NCBI RefSeq assembly: GCF_001194135.2
Contig: NC_068983.1
Coordinates: 46,868,724-46,919,899 of the forward strand
From: Octopus bimaculoides
Taxonomy: Eukaryota
Direction: 5' to 3'
DNA: 51,176 nt
Positions 23,626 through 35,749 of the stretch are shown here, piece after piece (position 1 is the first letter of the stretch; each line of letters opens with the position of its first letter). Below the pieces are notes generated by a model that had not been told where the DNA came from, ran no database searches, and worked only from the letters and a program-made list of their open reading frames with translations. A program made the position numbers and the translations under genes.

Positions 23626-24666
23626 ATAATAATAATAATAATAATGTCAGGATGACATTCGGCAAGACATGGAATGAAAATTGAAAGAAGAAGAAAAAAT
23701 ATGATAATAATAAATATTATTATTATTATTACTTTTTTCCCTCTTGGTAGAAAAATGTCATCATAAAAATGTACATATTTTGTTTGTTTTTTTTTAAATG
23801 AAATTCGTATTGGAGAAATTGCCAAAATTGTTACTTTTACCTTCAGGAATATAATATGTACATTATGTTAGACAATATTCAAAAATGTTATTACCTATGT
23901 CAGCAAAATGTATTAAATTATTCCTAAATTGTATTCTTTTTCCTAGACAAAAGTAATGTAGATAACATAAATAAAATTTTCGAAGGAGTTTTCTCTTTAA
24001 ATTTATGTCTTTTACTGATAGTATGTTTTGAATACTTGTGCAAATCTGTATATTTTGGCAACAGATATTTCAATATTTCCTCATCTTAATACCTTTTATC
24101 ATTTATTTTTTACTTGTTTCTGTCTTTGAACTGTGGCTATGCTGGAGCACTGCCTTGAATGGTTTAGCTGAACAAATCAAGTCCAGTACTTAGTTTTTTG
24201 TTTCTAAGATTCATACTTATTTTATCTGTCTCTTTTGTCAAGCTGCTAAGTTACAGAGACATAAACAAACAGACAAACAAACACTGGTTGTCATGTGATG
24301 GATAGTGACAAGAACAGAGTCAAAGACACACATATATATTTGACAGGCTTCCATACAGTTTCCGTCTATGAAATCCTCTCACAAGGCATTGATTAACCTG
24401 GAACTAAAGTAGAAAACAGTTGTCTGCATAGGATTGTTCCATAGATCTAGGCAATGAAACTCATGTGGAAAGTAGTGTACATTTCAAATTAAGCTGCCAG
24501 TGATTAGCCAAGAGAGTATTTCGGTATTCTATTTAATGACATATTGTTAATAATGTTATTCAGTAAATTTGATTGCATTTTTGTTTATATTTTCTTTTTA
24601 CTCTTCAGTTTTGTTGTTGTTTAAAATGTTATATTTTTCTGACTAGAAATAACATTCATTTTGTAG

Positions 24667-24771
24667 GTTCAACGAAATGTTGCAATCACTTGTATACTGG
24701 TCATTGATGAGATTATCGTGACAGCAAGTGCTGACAATGTACTGCGTATGTGGAAGATGGATATGGAACAG
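24667..24771 (+). CDS. TEP1: TEP1-like exon 10 (phase 0-0)
   Basis: ttttgtag/gtaaag. Encodes VQRNVAITCILVIDEIIVTASADNVLRMWKMDMEQ, with WD motif TASAD..LRMW. Confidence 0.86.
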
Positions 24772-25748
24772 GTAAAGTGATTTTTTTTTTTTTTGCAATA
24801 TTGTTGTTATTGTTGACATCATAAGAATTTATAAACCTTCGAGAAAATGTGAAATAATTTGTTTTTGGTTAAGTGTATCTTGAAGCACATCAAGGTATCT
24901 TTTGTTGTTTACTTGTTTCAGTCAATCACCTATGACCATGCTGGGGTACCATCTTATTTATCTGTCTCTTTTTTTGAACTGTTAAGTTACAGGGATGTGG
25001 TTGAACCAACACTGATTGTCAAGCTGTTATGTGGGGATGGGGGGTACAAACATAGACACCAAAAACTCACATACACACACATACATATGACAGGCTTCTT
25101 TTAGTTTCCATCTATCAAATCCACCCCTAAGGCTTTGGTTGGCTCAAGGCTATATTGAAGACACTTGCCCAATATGCCACACAGTGGAACTGAATCCAGA
25201 ACTGTGTGGTTGGGTATACAATTCTTATCAAACAGCCACACCTGTGCCTATAAAATAAATAATTTAAATAATAAACCTTTGCCAATCTTTATTCAAAAGT
25301 GTTTTTCAGAACAATATTTACATGCTTATTGCTTATAACTTTATGTGCTTCACGATTCACTATTCCCCCCCCCCCCCCAAAAAAAAAATAATCGTTATTT
25401 CTATATTTGGGGATCATGGGCTTTCTGATGGCTAATAAACCCAATAAGCCCGATTCTTGCCCTAAACAGCCTATTGCAAGAATCACATTGGATTGTAGGT
25501 ACTGGTTGAGGGTGGGTCGCCCTATCTTTCCTGCATTGTCATTTCATTCCCATTTCTGTCATTCAAACTAAACAGCACCTATGACACTCTCACCACATCA
25601 AGTAGGAATTGATGGGGTATATGAAGCTCATAGGCCCTTCCTCCCCCACTTCTGACACACCTCCCACCAAAAAAAAAAGTTAAAATACACCATATCTGAG
25701 TCAATTACATAACTTTTAATTATATTTCTATTTATTTTTTAATTTCAG

Positions 25749-25877
25749 ATTGCTCAGTTTTACTGCTTAGCACCTGTAACCAATATGACTTTCTGCCAAC
25801 GGACACAGACCGGAGATATTCATATCGTTGTTGGAGACCAACTCGGCAAAATCTACTTTCTAACATTAAAGTTTTAA
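25749..25877 (+). CDS. TEP1: TEP1-like terminal coding exon with TAA stop
   Basis: atttcag acceptor. Encodes IAQFYCLAPVTNMTFCQRTQTGDIHIVVGDQLGKIYFLTLKF*, matching the recalled TEP1 end motif (LGLFRCEGSVSCLE...LAVGDVQGNVYFLNWE). Related NACHT-WD proteins share a similar end, so the name is not certain. Confidence 0.85.
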   Translation: MAQFYCLAPVTNMTFCQRTQTGDIHIVVGDQLGKIYFLTLKF

Positions 25878-25952
25878 ATGTTTTTTTTTTATAAATTTAA
25901 TTTCTAAATAGAAATGCCTTAAAAAAAAAACAAAAAAAAACAAACAAGACAA

Positions 25953-25958
25953 AATAAA
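25953..25958 (+). promoter_or_regulatory. Candidate polyadenylation signal of the TEP1-like gene
   Basis: First AATAAA after the stop, 76 nt downstream. Another lies at 26575-26580. Usage cannot be established from DNA. Confidence 0.35.
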
Positions 25959-26329
25959 TATTATCCCAAGTATTGCCAAGGTCATCTTAGCTTTTTCGTT
26001 TTTTAATTCAGGACTAGTAAAACAAAGTACAAATGTAGTACTGCAATGAACGGAATCTACTAAACCGTTCCTCTCAGACTTCAGGCCTTGTGCCTATATT
26101 AGAAACAATTGCTGGCAGAATCGTTGGAGTATGAAAGAAAAATCTTTGTGGTATTTGTTCCAGCTGTATATATTCTGAGTTCAAATACCACTGAGTCCAA
26201 TTTTGTCTTTCATATCATACTTCTAGGGTGGGTAAAATAAAATACCAGAAAACTACTACTGCCCTTCAAAATTGCTGGCCTTGTATCTAAATTAGAAACT
26301 ACTGTTGCTAGCATTATGATTATTATTGT

Positions 26330-26931
26330 TATTATTCAAATTCTGCTGAGGTTGATTTTGCCTTTCAGCCGTTCATGGTCGATAAAATAAGTACCAGTTG
26401 AACACTGGGGTTGATGGAATCAACCTCTCCCAAATTTTCAGGCCTTGGGCCTTCAGTAGTAATGACTCTTTATACCATTATCATTAATACTTCTTTTTAC
26501 TTTTCCTTAAACATTGCATTTTTGTACCTCCCTTATTAATCACTTTTCCTTAGAATTTTTTTTTCTTTTTTCTGAATAAAAACAAAAAGTAAAAAAAACA
26601 GCCATCTCTTAATACTCAGATTTCAAATCCTCACAGAATCAATTTTGCCTTTTGAGGAGTCAATAAAATAAGTACTAGTCCAGTACTGGTTTTTTATTTA
26701 ATTATTTATTTATTTATTTTATTATTATTATTATTATTATTATTGTTATTATTGTTGTTGTAGGTGGTGAGCTGGCAGAATTGTTAGCACACGGGACGAA
26801 ATGCTCAGCACTATTTTGCCCGTTGCTACGTTCTGAGTTCAAATTCCACCGGTGTTGATTTTGCCTTTTGAGGAGTCAATAAAATAAGTACTAGTCCAGT
26901 ACTGGTTTTTTATTTAATTATTTATTTATTT
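26330..26931 (+). mobile_element. Family A SINE copies and fragments downstream of the TEP1-like stop
   Basis: Cores at about 26335-26480, 26620-26690 and 26760-26900, with (ATT)n between. Confidence 0.65.
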
Positions 26932-27167
26932 NNNNNNNNNNGGCAAAAATTTGAAATAATTATTATAAAACGTTGCCATTATTATTGTTGTTGTTGTTAA
27001 TAACTTATTGTTATTCTTTGTTGTTATTGTTACAAAGAATAAGTCCTGGGGTCGATTTGCTCAACTAAAGGCGGTGCTCCAGCATAGCCACAGTCAAAAT
27101 GACTGAAACAAGTAAAAGAGTAATACTCTTGGGTCTTACCTATGTAATAATAGTGTGTAGCAGTGTG

Positions 27168-27478
27168 AAGGTGCATGGTTAAGTGGTTTGGGTATTTGGT
27201 TCATGGTCATTGAGTTCAATTCCCAGCCTTGCATTCTATTCTTGAGTAAGACACTCGTTCTACATTGGTCCAGTCCACTCAGTTGGTAAAAATGAGTTGT
27301 ACCTGTAATTCAAAAGGCCAGCCTTGTCACACATTGTGTCACGTTGAATCTCCCTTAGGACTATGTTTAGAGTACACATGTCTGTGGAGTGCTCAGCCAC
27401 TTGCACATTAATTTCACAAGCAGGCTGTTCTGTTGATCGGATCGACATTCGTTGTCGTAACCAACGCAGTGCCAGTTA
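27168..27478 (+). mobile_element. Family C SINE
   Basis: Head gtgcatggttaagtggtt...gagttcaattccc plus the shared core. Confidence 0.72.
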
Positions 27479-28402
27479 GAGTGAGTAGGAAAATAATAAT
27501 TTCGATTAACTGAGATTATCCATGCAATTAGTCGATAAAAACTCCCTCTGGGGTGTTCTTCACATTCGAAAATCAACCAAAGGTGCTATTTTATATTGCA
27601 TCACATGAAACGAAGTAATGAAATAGCGATCGATATCATGCTTTTCGATAAACAATATTTATCAACTATGTCTTTTGTATGAGATCAATATCTGCAAGTT
27701 ATTTCCACTGCTTACTCTTAAACATCACGCGTAAAATATTTGGTGATAAGGGAAACAGAGCATCTTCAGGTTCATACTACTTTAAGGATGGCCTTGAACT
27801 TTGCTAATTGATTTGGTAAATCACAGCAGGATAGAATAAAATGGTAAATAGTAGCTGTGTTTGTACAGGTTGCCTTCAGATTTTTTTTATAACTTATTAT
27901 CTATTTTATTTGTTAGTCAGAACAGGTGAGGAAGCATCTGTGATCTTTTTTAAGGCTTTTCCGGTTTCGTGAAATCAATGGGACTAATGATCAGCTCAAT
28001 CCTTTATGTGTAGGTCAATGCCTCCAGAAAGAAATAAGAAATATAAAACGAAAATAATAAAACTAATAAAAAATGTGGACAAAGACGAACCAATGAAGAA
28101 GTCGCTACATAGTCGAACGAAGTATTAGAAATAGCAGCCTGATATTCTAATCGTCTTAAAAAAATGGAAGGACACCTTGGATAATTTTTGGTGGTATAGT
28201 ACGTCGGAAAAATAATATAATCTCTTTTTTACTTGTTTCAGTCAGTTGACTGCAGCCATGCTGGAGCACCGCTTTTAGTCGAGCAAATCGACCCCAGGAC
28301 TTATTCTTTGTAAGCCTAGTACTTATTCTATCGGTATCCTTTTGCAGAACCGCTAAGTTACGGGGACGTAAACACACCAGCATCGGTTGCCAAGCGATGT
28401 TG

Positions 28403-28439
<37 letters not shown>

Positions 28440-28580
28440 GATGGGCTTCTTTCAGTTTCCGTCTACTAAATCCACTCACAAGGCTTTGGTCGGCCCGAGG
28501 ATATGGTAGAAGACACTTGCCCAAGGTGCCACGCGAATTATGCCTACCAAATCTACAAAAAAAGAAAATAATAAATAAAG

Positions 28581-29363
28581 AGTAAAGCCGCTTGGCACAG
28601 ATTAGCCATAAACTCTGCTGTGCATGTGCACAAAGTTTTAACGTTCTAGCACACTTCCGCTGTTTACAACAGTGCTTGGAAGAAAGGTGTGTAGCGTGTG
28701 ATCGTCGTAGGCCATGATAGAGCAAGTTGTCATGACGACACCTGCTCACAGGCTTGCGTAAAGTTGCAGAAAGTATATGGAGAGGAATGTATGTACCGCA
28801 CACAAGTGTACGAGTGTTTCAGACGTTTCCAAGATGGCCGAAAAATGTCGATATTGACGAACGTTCTGGGAGACATGCAATAAGCAGACCTGAGAAAAAT
28901 ATTGGAGATGTGCGTGCAGCTGCGAGGGGAAATCGTCGAATCACCATGTGCAGATTAGTTATCAGAGGATGTGAAGATTTGGGAATGTGATGCGTATCTG
29001 CTAAGTTTGTGCAAAAACTGCTTTCAGCTGATCAAAAAGACATTCGGGTCTCAGTTGCACAAGATCTCCATGATTGTGTCGAGAACGATGAAAACTTTTG
29101 GAAAACTTTGCGTAGGCCTCTGAACAGGTATCACCAAGTTTTTGGCAAAATTTGATGCAAATTCTCTGCTCAACTTCCTCTATTATGGTCAATGCGATGA
29201 TCACACGCTACACACGTTCCTTCCAAGCACTGCTGTAAAAAGTAGAAGTGAGCTAGAACGTCAACAGCAGAGCTCAAGGTCAATATGTGCCAAGCGGCTT
29301 CACTGTTCGTGTTTTAGCTTCGTTACTATGGCAACACTCTGAATACTTATTGATCAGACCACG
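28581..29363. mobile_element. Palindromic mariner derivative built from two 5' ends
   Basis: The + arm encodes DTCSQACVKLQKVYGEECMYRTQVYECFRRFQDGRK and, after frameshifts, SAKFVQKLL. The - arm encodes EEVEQRICIKFCQKLGDTCSEAYAK. The right end is the mariner TIR (reverse strand cgtggtctgatcaataagta) plus TA; the outer left end is lost. Confidence 0.8.
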
Positions 29364-29384
29364 TATATTCTGAAAGACCGTTGG

Positions 29385-29775
29385 TTTAAATGATTCAGCA
29401 TTCAGATTAATCGTTCAAATGTAATACTTATTCACTCATATTGTTTTGAGCTATCACGCCTTATCACATAACTTCGAGATTTCGATAATTTAATGGTTTT
29501 ATTTTTAGAATGACATTGTAGGGTAGGTGTGAGAGATTTGATCTGGCTTGTTTGAACACAAAACGGGTAGAATATTCTTTACTTCTCTAGGTACAAGGTG
29601 CGAAAGTTTTGGGGAGGTGGGGCCAGTCGATTAGATCGACCTCAGTACGCAACTGGTGCTTAATTTATCGACCTCGAAAGGATGAAAGGCAAAGTCGACC
29701 TCGGTGGAATTTGAACACACAAAACGGGTAAAATATTTTGGCTGGATATGGCCGGTTCAAATGCAAAAGGATTGC
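29385..29775. mobile_element. Degenerate MITE (piggyBac-like) interrupted by a family A SINE fragment
   Basis: Ends resemble eroded ...tagcattcagatt / aaatgc.aaagg TIRs. tttgaacacaaaacgggta.aatatt is duplicated on either side of the SINE piece (29551 and 29710). Confidence 0.4.
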
Positions 29776-30339
29776 GCTGTTAAAAGTACGTAATACTGCT
29801 GTATGACCTAATTTTTCCAGCTGGTACGGTAGACAAAAACTCTACAGTTATTTCCATATACACTTCACTCATGACCAATGCAATGCATTCTCCTTTTATC
29901 TCGGCGGTACATTTAATTGTACTTGTATCTGTAACATTTTAAACTTTTACCATTAAAGGCTTTTAATATTCCCAAATGGTTTTACCAGTGGCTGAAACAC
30001 GTTTACTTTTGATAATTATACTTTCATTATAGTAACTGAAACAGCTAAAAGCGTTTTCGCCTCAATGTCTCATCCATCTTCACCAAATTCTAATAATACA
30101 GCATTAATAGCTCTCTCAGTTTATTTCGACTGTCAGATTAATGCCGTCGTATTGTGCAGATCCATTGAGACTTGAATTACTATGCTTCATTTCCCCGTTA
30201 TTTATTTTGCTATAGTCACAGCCATAAAAATCTAGTGTGTGTAATGCATTATTTGGAAATGGTTTATGTTTCTAGGCAGCCTTGGCCGTAAAGTCTAAGG
30301 TTAGTTACGGGTGAATTGAATTTTGAAATACGATTTCGA

Positions 30340-30885
30340 TTTAAGAGGAGAGGTTGGTAAAAAGTTACTATCCTTAATTCGTTTTTCGTGCCTGTGTTCA
30401 CGTATGGCTATGAATTTTAGGTAATGAGTGACAAAGTACGATTGCGAATACAAGCAGTCGAAATGGGATTCTTCGGAAGGAGTTCTGGAGTAATGTTATT
30501 CGGCAGAGTGCATAGGTCGGAGATCAGGAAGTTTCTTCAGTTACTTTTTCGTATTGAGAGCTCACAACAGGCGTTTGATCGGAGTTGAGAGCTCACAACA
30601 GGCGTTTGATCAGAATTGAGAGCTCACAACAGGCGTGTGATCAGAATGTCGCAGGAAGGAATCAGAAAACGGACGCTTCAGATCGAGTCGACCGACTGGA
30701 GACCTAGTGGGATAGACAACGAGCGAGATGGCTGAATAATATCGGTAGTCTCAGTTGTTCGTGTTTGGGAATCCAGCCGGAATGTGTAATGACGGTTACT
30801 TTTGATCGGACTCTATAGAGGTGCCTGAGGACTCTACCCCCAACGACCTTCCATAGATTAGTGGATGGTATAAATAGATGGATGG
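30340..30885 (+). mobile_element. RTE-clade (Rex3/Expander-like) LINE 3' fragment, pseudogenised
   Basis: KVTILNSFFVPVFTYGYEF*VMSDKVRLRIQAVEMGF...LLFRIESSQ...IRMSQE; ends in a gatgg-type tail. Contains a 3 x 31-bp duplication at 30554-30646. Confidence 0.8.
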
Positions 30886-32470
30886 TTTCGATTAAAGCCA
30901 TGTTATTTTACCTACGTATCATACTGTTCGTGAGAAAAGCAAACCTTCCACAAAAATCACCCTCACCACAGCCACCTCACGCACACATACTCATGCTAGA
31001 AAACGTTATATAAAATTCTTATATTTTAAAACCTGCTAATAGAAACCCTTGTAAATCACTTCAGGGTAATAACTCTTTATCAAAAACATGTTGGAAATGC
31101 CGAAAGCTATCTCCGTTGCAAAATATGAGTTTTTAAACAAACAAAACGAGCAAACGAAGAAAAATAAATCTAAAACTCAACTTCATTCGAAACATTACAA
31201 CATTGGTGCAGCTCAGAATATTGCATTACTAATAAAGAAAACTCAAAATAACAAGGGACATTTAAGGATTTAGTCTTAGCTCTGATATGATGGAATGAAT
31301 TGAATTCCATTCTGGATAAAATGACTTTATCGTAGCTAGCCTTTTATGTTTTTTTCGCTATGGTTTTGAACATGTTTTAAAACCGCCCTCTCCGTAATGT
31401 GGAGCTGAATCAAATTGTTAAATATATCTAATTCAGTTCCAATCAAATGTGTTGAGTGTTATTTTCTTCCGTTCGTCGACCCGTGTATGTATGTTTGTAA
31501 CAAAAATGAGCAAAGAGAAATAACATAGTAGCCAGTGACACGTGTGGGAGACCGCTTAGCCCTGCTTGACTGAGATTCGAAACCGAACTCACGCATTTAT
31601 TGCTTGTCAGACGAATGTCTGATCCTTTGTGTTTTATTTCGGTAATCTTCAAGTTTAGGGGGATAAAAAAGTAAATGAAAATATTCAAGGGAAATAACTG
31701 AACGACTTACCAGTATTATCCGTTTTCTTCTAGCTGTTTATAAATAAATCACACNNNNNNNNNNCCCCCCCCCCCCCTAAACTTGAAGATTACCTTTTAT
31801 TTCTATACTGGGAGATTAATGAGAAACTCCTGATGTATGCATCTATGTTCCAAAATATAAGCTACAGTTTCGTACTTATGTAGCTGTAATTTTGCATAGG
31901 GTTGATTTTTTTCCCGAAGAAGATAAGTTATAAGTTATGTAATTTTCTCAGAGATTACTTCTTTGTATTTCCTGATTGAGAAAAAAAATATATATATAGC
32001 CCTGCAATAAGCGTTATTTCCACCTGCTCCTGGAGAAGGTTAATGGAAATAACTCAATTGGTTGGTGCTAAATGTTGCCAACTCCACTTCAACGCAACAG
32101 GCCTTTTCATATATGCTATACATATCGGTATTTTAATCTAAGGCTACTATAAGAGCGCACTTTAATTTACACACACACGCATGGATTGGTTAACGAAGTA
32201 AAAAAACATTGTGGATGGTAACATACCTGAATGGTTACGAAGGCTGGTTCACATTTACAAGGTCCCGTTTTCGATCTTACTGTGTGGAATCTTGTGCAAG
32301 CGTCTTTTACAATAACTTTAGGTCGACCCAAGTCTTGCGAGTAAAAGTGGGTTTACGGAGAATGAGTGAAAGCTTATTGGATGGAATGTATTTGTAATCC
32401 AAAGATCCCGTCTTATCACACACTCACTCACTCATTTACTCACACACTCACTCACTCACACACGCACACA

Positions 32471-32540
32471 CAGTGTTCAAAAAGTTTCGCCCGATTTTTA
32501 TTGTACATATATAGTCGGGCAAAACTTTCTGGACACACTG
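32471..32540. mobile_element. 70-bp Tc1/mariner-type mini-MITE
   Basis: Imperfect arms cagtgttcaaaaagtttcgcccga / tcgggcaaaactttctggacacactg followed by TA. Confidence 0.5.
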
Positions 32541-33518
32541 TATATAAATACGACGGGCTTCACCATAGTTTCCATCTACTAAATTCACGGACAAGATATT
32601 GGTCGGCCCAGAGCTATAGTGGAAAACACTTGCTCAAGGCACCGCGCTTTGGGACTGAACCCAAAACTGCGTAGTTGCACAGCAAGCAGTCTTAACTGCA
32701 CAGCCATACCTGTTTGGGAAAAAAAAGCTTTCCCCGAAAATAAAAAGAAAATAACCGTAAAGAGTAAAATTTTACCTTTGCTTGTTTGTTTATTTATCTA
32801 TTCATTTGGTTCCTCTCTTTTTTGAAGTTCAACTTGAATCATCTTCTGTTACCTTAATTCTCAGTGAATTAACGTCGTCGAACCGACTGAAGATTCTCTG
32901 TATATCTTTTGAAATCAATTCGTAAAAAAAAAAATTAAAAAAAAAATTAATGACGAATTCATGCGATCGTATTTATAAACCAAAGCAAGGCCGGGTACTG
33001 CCTGTTAGTTTTTTGCAATCAATAACCTAAGTAAAAGTCAGAGTGTGGTCGATTTATTCGGTTTTTCTCCTCCTAAATATTTTGGCCATCTGCCAAAATT
33101 ATGAATCAATATTCTTTTCTGCTCTAGGCACAAGGCCCGAAATTTTGGGGGAGGAGGCCAGTCAGTTTCAGTCTACCAAATTCACTTAGAAGGCATTTGT
33201 CGGTTCGATGCTATAGTAGAAGACTACTTACCAAATTTAACTCTAGCCTCCACATTCTTATAAACCATATGTAGCTATTTAATTCACTGTGTGAGCGTAT
33301 GTGCGCCAAACCACGCATATGATGTAAGACTTCAAAAATTCACCTTACCATAATTAAATTATTCTAAATGGCTTGATATACTCGTTTTGCCTTGGTTTTG
33401 ATATTTTTTTCCTCTAATATATATATCTCGCGTTCGGAAAAAAATGTGTTTATTATGGTAGTTTAGCGTGAGGCATTCTTCTATAGTAATGCTCTTATAT
33501 AAATATATATAATATATC

Positions 33519-33776
33519 TCTATATCTATAAAACAGAGGATGTTTGTGTGTGTGTGTACGTGAATGTTGTTTATGCACGTCCACAAATTAGCACGCATGT
33601 CGCTCCAATTTTAGGAGGAGATTCGGAATGACCTTATGTGCATTTTGGCCAATTTTTTTCTCTCAGAGGCTGTAAAAATCGATAAACTTTTACGAATTTT
33701 GAAGTTTGTTGACATGGCGAAGTCAAATCTGTGCGTACGCGCGTGAAGGAGAGAGAGAGAGACAGACAGAGAGAGA
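33519..33776 (+). mobile_element. Possible non-autonomous Helitron 5' end
   Basis: a|tctatatctataaaacagaggatgtttgtgtgtg resembles Helitron TC starts; the 3' end is not identified (gap). Confidence 0.35.
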
Positions 33777-34292
33777 NNNNNNNNNNNNNNNNNNNNNNNN
33801 NNNNNNNNNNNNNNNNNNNNNNNNNNNNNNNNNNNNNNNNNNNNNNNNNNNNNNNNNNNNNNNNNNNNNNNNNNNNNNNNNNNNNNNNNNNNNNNNNNNN
33901 NNNNNNNNNNNNNNNNNNNNNNNNNNNNNNNNNNNNNNNNNNNNNNNNNNNNNNNNNNNNNNNNNNNNNNNNNNNNNNNNNNNNNNNNNNNNNNNNNNNN
34001 NNNNNNNNNNNNNNNNNNNNNNNNNNNNNNNNNNNNNNCGATAATGAGATTATATATACTTTCTCACACAACAATTCAAATATATTTATTTTAAATCATT
34101 TATTTGTCTTAAATCGTTCATCTTTCTCCCGCCTCATATATACTACTTTGGGAGCGAAAGCGTTTTGTATATATTTCACAACTATGAAACAAAAACGTAT
34201 GTAATAATTTGTCAGTCACTCCCCCCCAACCGTTTTTCGGACCACAAAAAGGGTTTTGTAATGTTTCAGATTAACAACCGCACGATTTCCAC

Positions 34293-34460
34293 TAGGGTCT
34301 TACGGTTAGGGTTTTAGGGTTAGGGTTTTAGGGTTAGGGTTAGAGTTTTACGGTTAGGATTAGGGTTAGGATTAAGGTTAGTGTTAGGATTACAATTAGG
34401 GTTGGTGTTAGGGTTACGGTTTTAGGATCAGGGTTAGGGTTAAGGGTTAGGGTTAGAGTT
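34293..34460 (+). repeat. Degenerate interstitial (TTAGGG)n tract
   Basis: Mixed TTAGGG, TTTTAGGG, TTAGGA, TTACGG and TTAGAG units. Confidence 0.85.
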
Positions 34461-35189
34461 AACCTAGAAGGGACAGGCCCCTTATTTTTTTGTTAAGGCT
34501 GTTGGTAAGTTTTCCTAAGTTACTCCAATTCACATCCCCAATGCAAACCTTCAGATCAACCTTTTCCTATGCAGATCTCTAATGCAACTTTAAAAAAAAC
34601 AGTCAATGAGTGGAAATAACCAATAAACTGATTCCTTATGGAATTTCCCAATTAAATTGCCAGCAAACCATTTTCAGCCAAACCAATTTCAACGGATTTC
34701 GCTCAAATCTGATGTCCATGTTACTTATTTTGGTTTGANNNNNNNNNNNNNNNNNNNNNNNNNNNNNNNNNNNNNNNNNNNNNNNNNNNNNNNNNNNNNN
34801 NNNNNNNNNNNNNNNNNNNNNNNNNNNNNNNNNNNNNNNNNNNNNNNNNNNNNNNNNNNNNNNNNNNNNNNNNNNNNNNNNNNNNNNNNNNNNNNNNNNN
34901 NNNNNNNNNNNNNNNNNNNNNNNNNNNNNNNNNNNNNNNNNNNNNNNNNNNNNNNNNNNNNNNNNNNNNNNNNNNNNNNNNNNNNNNNNNNNNNNNNNNN
35001 NNNNNNNNNNNNNNNGGAGGACACAGTAATTGTGTCAAGGCCGACAGGAAGCGGTCCAGCTTCCTAGGGCTAAACGGCAGTAGTGTATTCCCTTATTGGG
35101 ATTGTCACATTAAGTTGACAATATACTACAACTTTGTCGCTCCACTACTGCTTAAATCTCTCTGAGAGATTTAGAAATATTATATTTCT

Positions 35190-35222
<33 letters not shown>

Positions 35223-35225
35223 TAG

Positions 35226-35256
<31 letters not shown>

Positions 35257-35749
35257 AAGAAACGACGTATGAGTGTTCAGCTTTTACCGAACTACTTGCC
35301 CAAATGATTTGTTTATAGTGATCAATTGTATGTGCCGTACATTATATATATTTTATTCCTTATCAGCTACCTCTGATGAGCGCAGGGTTACGTAGTGGGA
35401 CTGAATCCGGAACCATGTGGTTGGTAAGCAAACTTCTTATCACACAGCCACGCTTGCGCCTGTGTGTGTGTATGGGCGAGCACGTGTGCGCGCGCGAGCG
35501 TGCATGCCTGTGTCTGTCTGTCTGTGTTTTGGGGTCCCTGTTTGTCCCCCACCACCGTTTGAAAACTGGCGTTGGTATGTCTATGTCTCTGTAACTTAGC
35601 GGTTTCGCAAAAGTGATCAACGGAATAAGTACCAGTACTTACAAAAATGTAAAAAGTACCTGGGTTGATTCATTCGACAAAACAACCTTCATGTCGGTGC
35701 CCCAGCATGGTCGCAGTCTAATGACTGAAACAAATAAAAGATATATATA

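Noticed and set aside
26642-26931. ~74-bp exact direct repeat (26642 and 26858)
   Set aside because: The second copy ends at a 10-N gap, so it is most simply a contig-overlap artefact or a trivial local SINE duplication.
29800-30300. Possible coding remnant on the minus strand
   Set aside because: All three frames have multiple stops, and I could not match a motif confidently.
30554-30646. CRISPR-like direct repeats
   Set aside because: The units are contiguous with no spacers, lie inside a eukaryotic LINE, and there are no cas genes.
31700-31745. Minus-strand GTAAGT donor suggesting the first exon of another gene
   Set aside because: A single hexamer with no supporting downstream coding exons in the window.
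31641-31794. 22-bp perfect inverted repeat
   Set aside because: It straddles a 10-N gap with a poly-C edge, and cannot be distinguished from an assembly artefact.
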